A DNA stretch of 64,000 nt from Mayamaea pseudoterrestris (Eukaryota): the NCBI GenBank assembly GCA_027923505.1, contig BROI01000008.1, positions 868,001 to 932,000 on the forward strand. The letters are read 5' to 3'. A program made the position numbers and the translations under genes. Shown here one piece after another: positions 20,070 through 31,244 of the stretch. Under the pieces are notes generated by a model. It made no database searches and had not been told where the DNA came from. It saw nothing but the letters and a program-made list of their open reading frames with translations. Numbering within the stretch: the stretch's first letter is position 1; each line of letters begins with the position of its first letter.

Positions 20070-21792
20070 ATGGCCATCATATCGATGGTTTCACAACAAT
20101 CAACAATCATTATACTGTCGTATCTAGTACTCGTGCAGTCTTTCATGCTTGCTAATCCATCACCAGCCACTTTAATGGGCCTAGCAGCTTCGATACTTCC
20201 CAAAGAGAGCTTGACTCCCAGCAAGGCAACGAGAAACGATGAAGATATTGATGCATGGAAGAATAAAGTGAAAGAATTTCAAGAGCAACTACTCGATGAC
20301 TCTTTTCTTCATCTTCCTGTGCGTGGAAACACCATTGAGGCAGCTAGTCTTTATAAGCAATCATCGCAGACAAATGATGTAGCAGCCGCTACTTTGATGC
20401 CAGGAACGCACAAGCATTTAGGAGGCGCGTATGACCCAACCGATGGGACGATCTATGGAGTACCCGCAAACTCAAAGGCTGTCTTGTTTCTTAAGTATCA
20501 CGAACCATCCAATTCCTATAAAATGGGGACTATTCCGTTGCCCGACAGCGTCAAGGATTACAAAATGAAGTGGCTTCGCGGAATCTTTGCGCATGGGTAT
20601 CTTTGGGCCATTCCTTCCTGGGCGCCCAAGGTGCTGTGCGTTGATGTTGATGCGTTTTGGGGTCGACGAAAAGTAACCGAGGCTGGGATTGTTCAACTAT
20701 TAGACTTGCCTAGCGGACACTCTCAAGAATCTGGCGAGCCCATGCAGTGGCAGTGGCATGGAGCAGGACTCAACCAAGAGAAGACTGCCATTTACTGCAT
20801 TCCATCCAACGCAAAGCAGGTACTGAAGGTGGATCTAATGACGAAGTCGACATCACTCATTCCAATTCAATATGATAAGCAAAAGTACCCAGATTTTACC
20901 TTGCAATCGTCTAATAAGTGGTATGGCGGTATTTTTGGAGTGGATAATTGTGTCTATGGCATACCGTACCGAAGTTGCGCTGTTCTGAGAATTGACTGTA
21001 ACAACGACTCGGCAAGTCTCGTCGGTCCTGATTACGGCGTTGCAAAATTTAATTGGCATGGTGGGTTGTTTGTGGCGGCTGCTGACGCTAATCATGTATC
21101 CACTCACACCCTCGATTATTGTGTTTATCTTTCATAGGCGGCATACAAGTGAATGGTACGTGTATGATATGGCTCCAATTTGTTCTTAATCATTGGCACT
21201 GGCGTCTCATCGCCATAACGCTTTCTGTGACACAGGAAAGATTTACGCTCATCCTTCGCATGCAAACACTGTTCTAGTGATTGATACCCATACAGATGCA
21301 ACAGACGAGAATCGATGCTCCGAAATGCCGATTCGAAGAGCAGAGTATGAAACGGGCGAGCGGAACCAATATAAATGGTTAGGCGGAAATGTTGGCGTTG
21401 ATGGGAACATTTATTGCCCGGCATGCGATACATCGTCTGTTCTTGTAATAGATACCACAAAGAACGAGGCGCATACATTTGGTTTTGCGGGCACGGATAA
21501 AAATAAGTGGCAAGGAGGTGTTCTAGGCCGAGACGGTTGTGTGTACTGTATACCCGCATCCGGGAACCACGTTTTGAGAATTAAAACTGGAGACGAGAAT
21601 GCTGTACAGCTGCTTGGAAACTTGCCGTCGTACAAGGATAAGTGGCAAGGTGGGCATGCTGGGTTGGATGGAAGCCTGTACTTCATTCCGGAGAATGGTT
21701 TTCGTGTGTTGAAAGTAACACCACCGGAAGGTCCTCCTGAACTTGTGAACGGAGAATTACCTGACGGCGACGTGACGATTGAAATGCTCTAA
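20070..21792 (+). CDS. Signal-peptide-bearing beta-propeller-like repeat protein (KWxGGxxxxDGxIYxIP repeats), 3 exons including an 18-nt microexon
   Basis: About 8 repeats, e.g. KWYGGIFGVDNCVYGIP, KWLGGNVGVDGNIYCP, KWQGGVLGRDGCVYCIP. Introns 21061-21137 and 21156-21235. Confidence 0.8.
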
Positions 21793-21892
21793 GTTTGTTA
21801 TTGTCTGTATTGCAAGCATACTCATAGGTGTAACATGCTACGGAGTACTAGCTTCTGCCGATCTATTAGGTGTAACATGCTACTGAGCACAT

Positions 21893-23394
21893 CTACTCGT
21901 TTGGTCCGATAGCCACACCACCGTTTCGTTCCAGCAATTTAATCACCGGATGGTCATCTTCTAGCGATTGTTTCGCCCACCACAGTGCATTTGCGCCCTG
22001 CAATCATAACGCGGGGAAACATTAGCGTAAAGGCAATCACGTGGCGTGGCAGTCGCCAATAGCACTGCTACCTGAACACTTACCCTTCCGCTGTTCGTTC
22101 GATCATTCACGCTGGCTCCCTTACGCAGTAGGAAAGCCACTACTTCAGTGTTGCCTCCCCGTGCCGCTTCATGCAAGGGTTTCCACCCATTAGCATCCGA
22201 TTGGTGCAAAGCGTCAGGGTTTTTCGCCAAGATCTTTTTCATGTCCTCGACGCTACCATTGGCCGCTTTTACATGCGCCGGCGTAACACCCTTGGCCTTG
22301 GATCTCGTAGGAGGACGCTTGTCTTGTTTCGGCTCCTCTCTATAGAATATATAATTTTGTCGCCATCGCTTCGCTTCCTCTGTTCCTTCGTGAATGTAGT
22401 CTGGTAGCGACGCAATTTTGGTGGCGGAGGCATGTTTACGCGGTGGCGAACCTCCTAGCTTACTAAAGGCAAGCTCAAATAGTTCCTTCGCAGTTCGCTT
22501 TTTCGCATCGGGCTGCCGCAATAATAGTAAATGTTCCATCTCTTGCGAGTAATGCAGCGGCTCAAAATGGAAAAAGACATTGGCATAGTATTCCATCGCT
22601 AGCGGTTGCGGCCTGCCATGGATGACAGAATGCGACTCGTAGAGTATCATCTCTCCAGGTTCTAATGTAAGGTTTCGAGCGACACCATCGTGCCCTATGA
22701 CTTCCAGTGGCCAGTCGTGATCTTCGCCATCCACAGCGCCGGCTTGTGCAACATTAACGATTGCACTAATAACAAGCGGAAGGCGATCAACATGCGGTGA
22801 TAAAAGAGCTCCACGATGATAAACACGTATCCCATATGTCGAAGTTGGCACCAAAGTCGTTTGTGTCCATTGCTCGAGGACCGATTTGAGCTGATCCGCA
22901 ACAATGCGCCTGTTCGCCAATGAGAGTGAGTCAAGTGGAACAATGGTGGTTGGAACGTGCCAGTGATTGACATAGACGTTCCCAGCATCCCATAGTTCCA
23001 TTCGAGCTTGAGACACATTGTGATAGTTCCAATATGCACGTAGGATGTTAAAAGCCTGCGTCGGAACCTTCATTTTTGCGTAGCCAGCGCTTGTAAAATT
23101 GGTTTGTTGCATTGGCTGACGTAGATTGTGTGCTATGCGTTCCTCCTCGTTACGAATGCAAAGCTCCTTGGAATAGTGCTCATAGCATCCCTTCATGAAT
23201 CTTTGGTAAGCAATTGGTCGCGGCAGTAGCGAGTCGTCATGAGATAAGGCGTTGGCATGGGCGCCGTGATGCATGGGCCACGAGTAGTCGACTCCGTACC
23301 GGGATTCATCCTCCGCATCGTTTAATACTTCGCTCTCGGCAAACACAAGGACAAAGAAAGTTGACAGGAAAAGAAGAGATGAAGACCGGTACAT
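21893..23394 (-). CDS. Secretory-pathway 2OG-Fe(II) oxygenase-like + ankyrin repeat protein, 2 exons
   Basis: Signal peptide MYRSSSLLFLSTFFVLVFA; YGIRVY...PHVDRLP (HxD), HGRP, ANVFFHF; ankyrin GWKPLHEAARGG. Intron 22083-21998 gives the C-terminus GANALWWAK...GPNE*. Confidence 0.8.
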
Positions 23395-23644
23395 CTTTAT
23401 ACCAGAAGCTGTGATGCTATTGCATTCGATAAAAGTAGTGATGATCGCTGTGCCATTTTTGTTGAAGGCATGCCACAAAGAAAGTCGCTCCGAAATTAAA
23501 TGTCACAGCGCCAATCGAATGTCGCACAGTTACTCATCATCGAAACGCAAAACCAATTGCACCGCACAGCTTTATCTCCTCCTTACATGGGGACCTGTAC
23601 ATGCATGACTATCAGCACAAAGGACTTATCCGATCTTCGAGATA

Positions 23645-24451
23645 ATGAGCGAAGCAAAATCAGTTATTGAAGCGGCGATGGAAGACTCGCTTGATCGTCG
23701 GCGTTTGTCGTTTACCAATCAACACAAGCTGTTGACGACGCAGTCGTCGTCCGAGCCTGCCTTTTTGCCGTTTCATTTAAAACTCCTCCAAGCGCTTTAT
23801 GCCGACAGGAGCAATGAGTTCATTGATGATATGATTTTCGAATCAATTCACCATTTTTTGAACAACCGGCAGCATGTTGTCAAGGCTAAAAAAGAGGCGC
23901 TGCGCCTCAAGGGAATTCACGAGCAAGCGACTAAACTATCAGACACGGAAAGGGAGAAGCAGCTGGTTGCCGACGAGCATTTGTTTGCGAGAAAACGCAA
24001 GAGCACATCACCGCAATATCATGCAAGTCCAATACTCTCCTTGTCCATGCAGTCGCCACATATGATGATGCACATGCATCCTGCCACTCGCAATGAACCC
24101 TTTGGTATGGTGGCGCGGCTTTTGCATTTGCGATATCAACGCAGCCAGCTCGAGTTCGAAAACAAGGCCAACTTATACAAGGAACTGTTAAACGCGGTCC
24201 AATGTGAAATTACAAACCTTGAGGAGCAATTAGCGGAGAGCCGATCAAAGTTCAACGAGCGAATGAGTAAAACATTAGAGCAACTTTTGTCAACTAGCAG
24301 CCACCAGGAAGGAGTCGACACTAATAAATCTCTCCGAAATGATAAAAGCATTTCGGACATGGAGGGGCAATCGCAAGCGGCCGAATTGGCTTTCACAATT
24401 CGACTTTGGCAACAATTGGATCTCGACTTGAAGCAAATGTTGTGTATTTAA
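23645..24451 (+). CDS. Hypothetical coiled-coil protein
   Basis: 268-aa ORF with heptad-rich segments filling the space between two genes; no family recognised. Confidence 0.6.
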   Translation: MSEAKSVIEAAMEDSLDRRRLSFTNQHKLLTTQSSSEPAFLPFHLKLLQALYADRSNEFIDDMIFESIHHFLNNRQHVVKAKKEALRLKGIHEQATKLSDTEREKQLVADEHLFARKRKSTSPQYHASPILSLSMQSPHMMMHMHPATRNEPFGMVARLLHLRYQRSQLEFENKANLYKELLNAVQCEITNLEEQLAESRSKFNERMSKTLEQLLSTSSHQEGVDTNKSLRNDKSISDMEGQSQAAELAFTIRLWQQLDLDLKQMLCI

Positions 24452-24744
24452 ACTAAGCTTGAGTTACATCCACATGCGGATACATTAAAAGGTACCGACA
24501 TGTAATTCCTAGGTGTAACATTTACTATTGACCACCTTTTTTTCGTTCATATCCGTTGAATTTACCATGGATTTCTTAGCTCAAGCCGTCGTCCAGAGAT
24601 TGAAGGGATCTTTGACTACATTGAATTGGCTAGGACGAAACGCCGGCTGAGTCAAACGAATGGTTGTCATATAAAGTACTACGGTGATTAAAGGATCGTA
24701 TCATGCACTAATGTATGCACCATTATAGTCGTACGTACTAGCAA

Positions 24745-27700
24745 TTAAATAAACAGCTCGAGGCTGGTCCGAGCGTAAACATTTTCTCCCTCGTTCTCGA
24801 TCAATGGATATCCAGCCACCAGCGCATCCGAATTGTAAATGTAGAGCGTGTTGAAAATCTTCCAAAACGTTTCACGAACTCGGCGAGCTGGATGGTACAG
24901 GCCTTGCAGAGTATACTGCAAAATGAGGTTCGGACCTAGCGCCACCATAAGGCCAGACACTGCATCCAGGACAGCTTGAATGACATGAGGACTCTCCTCA
25001 AAGATATTGGGCCACACGTAATTAAGCAGGTGAATGAGCGCATCTTCGCATCCGAGCCCAGCCACGCCCAACGACAAGTGCTTTACAATCGCTGCAGCAG
25101 TCTGACGATGTACTGGATCACGCTCCATGAGAGCATCTTCAAGCAGCGGCGTCACGGCGTAAACATAGTCCTTGCCCATAGCACCGATATATTCAAACAT
25201 GAAGCTCATCGCCTTGAGTACCCCATTTTGTATGTTAAGCTCTGGAACACGATACTCATTCATCAAAGCGGGAAGTACAGTAAATGGACCGCATGTTTCA
25301 GCGACAATAGCGATCGCCACTGTGGTGCACACTCGCATTTGGCGGTCCTGCACCTTGAGATTATTCAAAAGTGTGTGCAAGACATCCAGAGGGCCAATGG
25401 CCTTCGCTATGAATCCAAACGTGCTTACAGCCGCTCGTCGGATCGCCTTTTTGTGTGCCTTGAGCATCTCCAGTAACTCGAAACAAATGCGCATCCATTC
25501 CTTCGCCGACACATATTCGGCACCACGGTCGGCAATTCTTCCGACGAGATCAATCACATTCTCTTGCACTTTTTCGTGACGGTTGCGCAAGATGGGCGTC
25601 AGTCGAGGCAATAAGTCGCGAATCGGAGGGTTCATTTTCGTCATGCCGATGACAGTCACTATAGCGCGTAGCGCACCAAGAATGCTTCCGAGAACTTCGG
25701 GGTATTCCTCTCCCAGATATTCGTAGAGGACGACGCCCAAGTGCCCCATCAATTGCTCTTCGTCACATGCCTTCATAACGACAGCGATACGGCTGATCAG
25801 ATCGGCAGCTTGCATTCTGACCGATGCAGACTTGTTATTGAGACGCCACTTTATCGTCCCTGCAATCTGCTTTAGATATGGCTTGCACCGTTCCCCAAGA
25901 GCGCACACGACAATGCCAAAGCCGTCCAGCATGATCTCGCTCTCCTTGCCAATGTTCGTAACACTTGCGTCCACTGCCTGTTCTTGAAATGCATAGAGTA
26001 TTCCGTCAATCAAACGCTCCTCGAGTCGTTCGTCAATATCGCTTGAACCTAGACTTTCAACGACAGTCTTGATCGTCTCCATCACCATTCGACGGTACGG
26101 TTCAGAATCATCCTTCAAGTCATCGACTATGCGGACCACAATCTCCGATACTCCAACCTTGTTAGCCAGTTCGCAGGTAGTCTCGACAACTTGCTTATAA
26201 TTGCGTCGATCCAGCGCCATTCGGCGAATCCAAAAATTCCGAAAGAACTCTGGCAAAATCTCGGTTCGAATGTAATCGGGTTCAACGCCTGCAGTGGCAA
26301 CGCATTGTTGAATCACCTTGAGCACGATGCGCTTCATCTCTTCGTCCGGAGAATGAAATTCCCGCAGAAGTATCGGCATGACAAGTCGCGTGTAATGACT
26401 AGCGTAATTCTCCTCCATGAGCGGAATCACAAAGCCAATCGCCTTGAGAAACGCGGCTAGCGATTTACCCTGCTGCTCTAAAGCACCCTTCCACAGAGGC
26501 CGAATAACAGAGTCAAAGCTTTCAATGCCATATGGATAAGCGGCCTCTGCCAGAGCAGCACAAGTGAGCGCAGTCATGATCTTGACCTTCTGAATATCGT
26601 CAGTAAGTCCATGGCTGACAATCTCAACTAGCTCGCGGAGATAGGGTAAGACGGCGACCCCCATCAATAGAGCAATCTGCTGGACAACTTTAATGCCTGT
26701 ATGTCGAGCTTGCCATGACTTGCGAGACTGACAGACAGCCTTCAAAAATGGAAGCAGGGCGGGAACACCCAGCGCGCTAGCGACAACGGCAAACGCCCGA
26801 GAAGTGACGTTGCGAACGTATTCATCGGGACTATCAATATCCGGACGCATACAAGAAATCATTGTTGCCAGACCAGCAGCCTTTGCCAGATTGCTGATAA
26901 TCTCGCGGCCTTCGATCCGAGCGTAATAGTCTTCATCAATCAGCAATGGTTCAATTACAGCGAGAATTCTATGGACAAATGGGCGAACCAAATCATCGAG
27001 TTTGTACAGGACTCGGTCAATAACCTTTACCAGCAAGTGCCGTTCCTGATCTTCAAGCGTCGGACTCATAAGAAGCGGCAAAATTTGATTAAAAAGAGGT
27101 CCCGCGCCAAAGGATCGAGCCTTGTCAGTCATCTGGCGCAAAGCTGTCTTCCGTTGCGGCGGAGTGCCACTTTTAATTTTTAACAGAAGTGATAGTATCT
27201 GTCGGTCCCTAACCTCTTCCTTCGACAGCTTGGTTTCATCCACATCCTCCGTAAGCCTCCCAAAATATTGCATATCTTCTGGTTTTATATACGGGAGACT
27301 TCCAGCAATACCAGATTCATCTGCCGTTGCGGAAATGGGCACACCATATGCCTCTCTGATCTCTTGAATCGAAGCATCTTGGCGCTGCTCAATGGGCACC
27401 TCCATCTGAAAGCCAGCAGGCGTCATGCCAAGCGGCGTGGGCGTTGCTAAAAGGTTGCGACCCGGCGTTCGCAGCGGTACGTAGCCAGGTGGAGGTGCAA
27501 CAATCGCATAACCTTCCGCAGGAAGAATCGCATCCAACGCTGCAGCCGTCCATGGTCTGTTCCTCGACTCCATTTCCTTTTCCAAAGCCATTGACTTGTT
27601 CAACACCATGGGAGTCTGGCCACCGATACCAACACCAGCGCTAGGCGCCAATGGCGTCGCATCCCATCTACTCGTGCTCTTTCCGGCACCTCCTCCAACC

Positions 27701-28644
27701 AGAGGAGTCGCGGCAACATTCGATCCAGTGGCAAGAGGAGTTGCATCCCATTTCGAAGAAGTTTTCGCAGTAGCCAAAGGCGTGGCAGCAACTTTAAAGT
27801 CAGCTGCAATTGGGGTTTCATCCCATCGCTTTCGCGTCGTTTTGCCAGAAGCAGCTTGTCCAGCATTGCGATCCCACTTGTTCGAAACTACGGACGACTC
27901 TGTATCCGACACTGCAGCAATTATGTCATTTGGTTCATCCGTAGTGTCCCAGCGACGTTTACGACCCTTTGCTTCGTCGTTCTGAATGACAGACTCGTCG
28001 CGCTGATGGTTCTCTTCATCGTCCGTGCGATCCGGCAGCGATTCCTTGGCGAGAGCCTTTAGTAAATCATCCTTCTCCTTCTCCATATTTGCCTGCTGCA
28101 TAGCTTCTTGAAAGGATAGCCCATCCTCGCGAAGGACGCGGTCGTGTCGTCGCTTCTGATAGTCGGATTCTCGATCGCCAACCTTGGTGTTGACGAGGCC
28201 TGTGCCAGACATGGTATTCTTGAATGGATTGTCATGTTCTCCGACATCCTTATCATCCTGATTGAACAAGTAAAAAACAATGATACTGAGTGAGTCATCA
28301 TTAATTATTGAAAGAAACGAGAGCACAGACAGAATCAGACAAAATTTGTTCAAGCAATTCGCATCATTCATTCGCATTCCCTTTCCTCTACACCAACTTA
28401 CCATTCTCGCATGTTTCGTACTCGGATGACTGCTCACGCGGCCTTCATCCAGACCTTCATCATCTTCGTTATCAACATCGTCGTCTACTATCTCCTTGGC
28501 GTATTCTTCGTCAGCGCCGGAGGCAAAGATTCCGTCGTCGAATGCCACATTGGTTCCAAATCGAAGTCCGCCGCGGCCATCAGTGGTTGCTAGCGGCTGC
28601 GACTTGGAATTTTCGTCCGTCTTGTTCATTGTTGGCACGGGCAT
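24745..28644 (-). CDS. SF3B1: Splicing factor 3B subunit 1, 2 exons
   Basis: RWDETP/KWDATP ULM and TP repeats, [37 protein letters not shown] and HEAT repeats. In-frame 144-nt intron 28401-28258 (GTAAGT...CAG). Confidence 0.98.
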   Translation of the reverse strand: MPVPTMNKTDENSKSQPLATTDGRGGLRFGTNVAFDDGIFASGADEEYAKEIVDDDVDNEDDEGLDEGRVSSHPSTKHARMVSWCRGKGMRMNDANCLNKFCLILSVLSFLSIINDDSLSIIVFYLFNQDDKDVGEHDNPFKNTMSGTGLVNTKVGDRESDYQKRRHDRVLREDGLSFQEAMQQANMEKEKDDLLKALAKESLPDRTDDEENHQRDESVIQNDEAKGRKRRWDTTDEPNDIIAAVSDTESSVVSNKWDRNAGQAASGKTTRKRWDETPIAADFKVAATPLATAKTSSKWDATPLATGSNVAATPLVGGGAGKSTSRWDATPLAPSAGVGIGGQTPMVLNKSMALEKEMESRNRPWTAAALDAILPAEGYAIVAPPPGYVPLRTPGRNLLATPTPLGMTPAGFQMEVPIEQRQDASIQEIREAYGVPISATADESGIAGSLPYIKPEDMQYFGRLTEDVDETKLSKEEVRDRQILSLLLKIKSGTPPQRKTALRQMTDKARSFGAGPLFNQILPLLMSPTLEDQERHLLVKVIDRVLYKLDDLVRPFVHRILAVIEPLLIDEDYYARIEGREIISNLAKAAGLATMISCMRPDIDSPDEYVRNVTSRAFAVVASALGVPALLPFLKAVCQSRKSWQARHTGIKVVQQIALLMGVAVLPYLRELVEIVSHGLTDDIQKVKIMTALTCAALAEAAYPYGIESFDSVIRPLWKGALEQQGKSLAAFLKAIGFVIPLMEENYASHYTRLVMPILLREFHSPDEEMKRIVLKVIQQCVATAGVEPDYIRTEILPEFFRNFWIRRMALDRRNYKQVVETTCELANKVGVSEIVVRIVDDLKDDSEPYRRMVMETIKTVVESLGSSDIDERLEERLIDGILYAFQEQAVDASVTNIGKESEIMLDGFGIVVCALGERCKPYLKQIAGTIKWRLNNKSASVRMQAADLISRIAVVMKACDEEQLMGHLGVVLYEYLGEEYPEVLGSILGALRAIVTVIGMTKMNPPIRDLLPRLTPILRNRHEKVQENVIDLVGRIADRGAEYVSAKEWMRICFELLEMLKAHKKAIRRAAVSTFGFIAKAIGPLDVLHTLLNNLKVQDRQMRVCTTVAIAIVAETCGPFTVLPALMNEYRVPELNIQNGVLKAMSFMFEYIGAMGKDYVYAVTPLLEDALMERDPVHRQTAAAIVKHLSLGVAGLGCEDALIHLLNYVWPNIFEESPHVIQAVLDAVSGLMVALGPNLILQYTLQGLYHPARRVRETFWKIFNTLYIYNSDALVAGYPLIENEGENVYARTSLELFI

Positions 28645-29289
28645 GACCGTTCACTTTAATATCTACAAGTGTCAGTGAAAGAGCAGAGAGGTGAGTGGCG
28701 GCAGCGGGCCTCTTCTGAGTTTCGTGTGTTGGTCCGTCATGGTGAAGCGTCGCCGCACTTTACAGTATCGTAGCGGTATCCAGCTTCCTTCTTTCGTGCT
28801 CTGCAGACCTTCCGTTTCATGCCCCGTCTGCCCAGCGTCCGTGGAAATGGCGGTTCGATGGGAGGCAGCGAGAGACGACGCTCACAATGGCTGTTGATTC
28901 CCTCACTGCAGGTATGTACGAGGTACTTGGTCGTCTCTTGATGCTTTGACTCCTGACGAGTGCAGGAAAGCTGCTGTATAGATTTATGCTGGATGCAACA
29001 AGTATTAAAGATCAAGAGAAGGGGCGAAAGGCGATGGTTTGATTCTCGAAATATTCTGGTTCCGGACCGCTACTCATCCTTTCAACACGATGTAGACGAG
29101 TCCCCTTCGTTGGCTTTGCCATCTAGAGAATGATTCGATTATGTTGCTTGAAAAGAACATCTTTGGAATATCGAACGTAAAATTTCGGTGTGTTTCTGAG
29201 CTCCATTTTGCAATGTGCAACTCACCATTACTTGCGTTCCATTTCGTTTCAGGTCCGAGCAACCCATTGTATACCAGCGATTTTACACC

Positions 29290-29683
29290 ATGATTCAAGT
29301 TTTCGTCAATACGACTGCTTACACGGTCGACCCTGCCGTCTCGGTTGAGTCCTTCAAGGCTCAGATTGAGAACAAGGAGTTCATCCCGTCCTCGCAGATT
29401 CGCCTCATGTTTGGAGGAAGAGTTCTCGAGGGAGGCTCCCTCGAGGCGTTTGGACTCGAGGAGGATGACGAAATTGTCCTCAGTGCCGAGGCCCCTGCCG
29501 GTATGCGCGGCAAGTGGCGTAAGAAGCGGTACGTGGTCTGGTTTGAATTTGAATTGTCTATTTGGACTGCTTCGTTCGCAGAGTATTATCCTCTCATCTC
29601 ACCCTTTATTACAATTTTGTGTAATTTACAGCATGCGCCGCCTCCGTCGTAAGCGCCGTAAGATGCGTCAACGTGCTCGTTAA
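29290..29683 (+). CDS. RPL41: Ubiquitin-like domain fused to 60S ribosomal protein eL41, 2 exons
   Basis: A 71-aa UBL (MIQVFV...FKAQIENKEFIPSSQIRLMFGGRVLE...PAG) is followed in frame by MRGKWRKKR|MRRLRRKRRKMRQRAR*. Intron 29529-29631 (GTACGT...ACAG). Confidence 0.92.
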
Positions 29684-29811
29684 GCAAACGAGGCGGATGG
29701 ACGTTGCTTCCGAGTGCACACTCGGCTTTTTACTACAAAAGTGTGGGAGTCATTGAGGATTAATATTCTACTTCTAGTTCAAAATGTTTGCTCTACTTAT
29801 TGATTCATGTT

Positions 29812-31062
29812 TCATAGTGGTACGTTATATATAGTTATGTCGTTTGATGTGTCGGCAACAAACAGAGCCGACGGGTAAGCAGCGTCGCGGCCACAGCTGC
29901 TCACCATCCAATTTGGCTTACCACCAACATGTTGCCACGTGAAAAGAGATTTGGGCTGGCCGAGAAAGTCATATTCATCATCTCTTCCATTGCCAGGAGA
30001 TTGTGCCAAGCTTGGAAACAGGTTGGTCGGATTAGTAGCTTCATCGCCGCAAAGCGACGAGCCCAAGTCCCATAGAATGATCTTCCCCTCGTTGCCGATG
30101 GAACAAAAGAGACGATCATGAGCTGATATATCGATATAACCATTGGGTTGCAATGATATTGGGCGTGTCCATTGGGGAAAAAGAACGGAAGCGACAGGTC
30201 CACTATGAATGTCCTCAAGCCGTGCTGCCAACGTCAAAGAATGATTGGCAGTGATTACATAAAGTGCGCAAGAACCATCACCCAGAGCTGCTGCGAGCAG
30301 TTTGCCACTGGGGCTCCAGGCCAAGCTATTTATCATTGGAGGATTGCATACATGGTGAGCTTCCGTCGATAGGGTTTGCACGCAGGCTTGATCCATTGGC
30401 TGTCTGGGTTTCGCTGTGTCCCAGAGTATAATGCGGCAATCAGTACCACCTGACGCAATCTGCAGAGCTCTCTGGTAGTTGGGCCGAAAGACTGCCGATG
30501 TAACAAGTGCCTGCTCATTATGAGTGAGAGTTGTAGTAGATTGAGTGTCACCCTCCTCGGAGACTGTGACGCGGCCTGCATCATCTGCAAATGCAATGCA
30601 GCGGCGATGTCGATCGTGACGGATGCTCGAACGAGAAATGCTATTGACGTCGTCCTCCGCGATGAATATTTGGTCACATTCACTCAATGATATCGTTGGC
30701 GATGTAGCTTTTCGAAGATCGTATTCGTAAACGATGGATCCTGCAGAAACGTAGACGGTGTAATCTCGAATGAATGTGGACGGTGATTCCTCCGTTCGAG
30801 CTGAATCAGGCTGGAATATGCGGCCAAACGATACGGATAGTACTTCGTTTGCTCCACCTTCCAGCAGAGGCATTTTGATGCATGCGGCGGCTCGTAGATG
30901 GTTGCGAAGATCCCAAAGTTGAGCTGTACCATCGGCGGAACCACTCAGCAGACATGCATGCTGCACTGAAATGGCTTCGTTCGCCAGGCTACTCGAGTGG
31001 TCTAGGCACGTCACTTGGCCCTGGTGCCCATGAATCTTTACCAATTGTAAGGCTGGATCCAT
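29812..31062 (-). CDS. WD40 repeat protein (WDR53-like)
   Basis: GHQGQVTCLD, LLSGSADGTAQLWD, ASGGTDCRIILWD, CNPPMINSLAWS. Confidence 0.8.
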   Translation of the reverse strand: MDPALQLVKIHGHQGQVTCLDHSSSLANEAISVQHACLLSGSADGTAQLWDLRNHLRAAACIKMPLLEGGANEVLSVSFGRIFQPDSARTEESPSTFIRDYTVYVSAGSIVYEYDLRKATSPTISLSECDQIFIAEDDVNSISRSSIRHDRHRRCIAFADDAGRVTVSEEGDTQSTTTLTHNEQALVTSAVFRPNYQRALQIASGGTDCRIILWDTAKPRQPMDQACVQTLSTEAHHVCNPPMINSLAWSPSGKLLAAALGDGSCALYVITANHSLTLAARLEDIHSGPVASVLFPQWTRPISLQPNGYIDISAHDRLFCSIGNEGKIILWDLGSSLCGDEATNPTNLFPSLAQSPGNGRDDEYDFLGQPKSLFTWQHVGGKPNWMVSSCGRDAAYPSALFVADTSNDITIYNVPL

Positions 31063-31244
31063 TGTAGCTGCTCCTATCTTTCCAAGCACTTGACATGGTT
31101 TTTGTTTTGCGGCACGCATGGTCGACGACAACAGTGCGACAAAAATGAGTGAGATTTAAAACCGTAGCGACATGAAAGAAGCGCGCCTCCGTCTCGTCCG
31201 CGGCCACGACGGCGCCGTTTTCTGGCATTTTGCAACGCTACAAC

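Noticed and set aside
19910..20224. N-terminal extension of the GPR89 ORF overlapping the neighbouring gene
   Set aside because: It begins at a non-ATG codon inside the opposite-strand CDS. ATG 19909 gives a normal TM start and a 160-bp divergent promoter.
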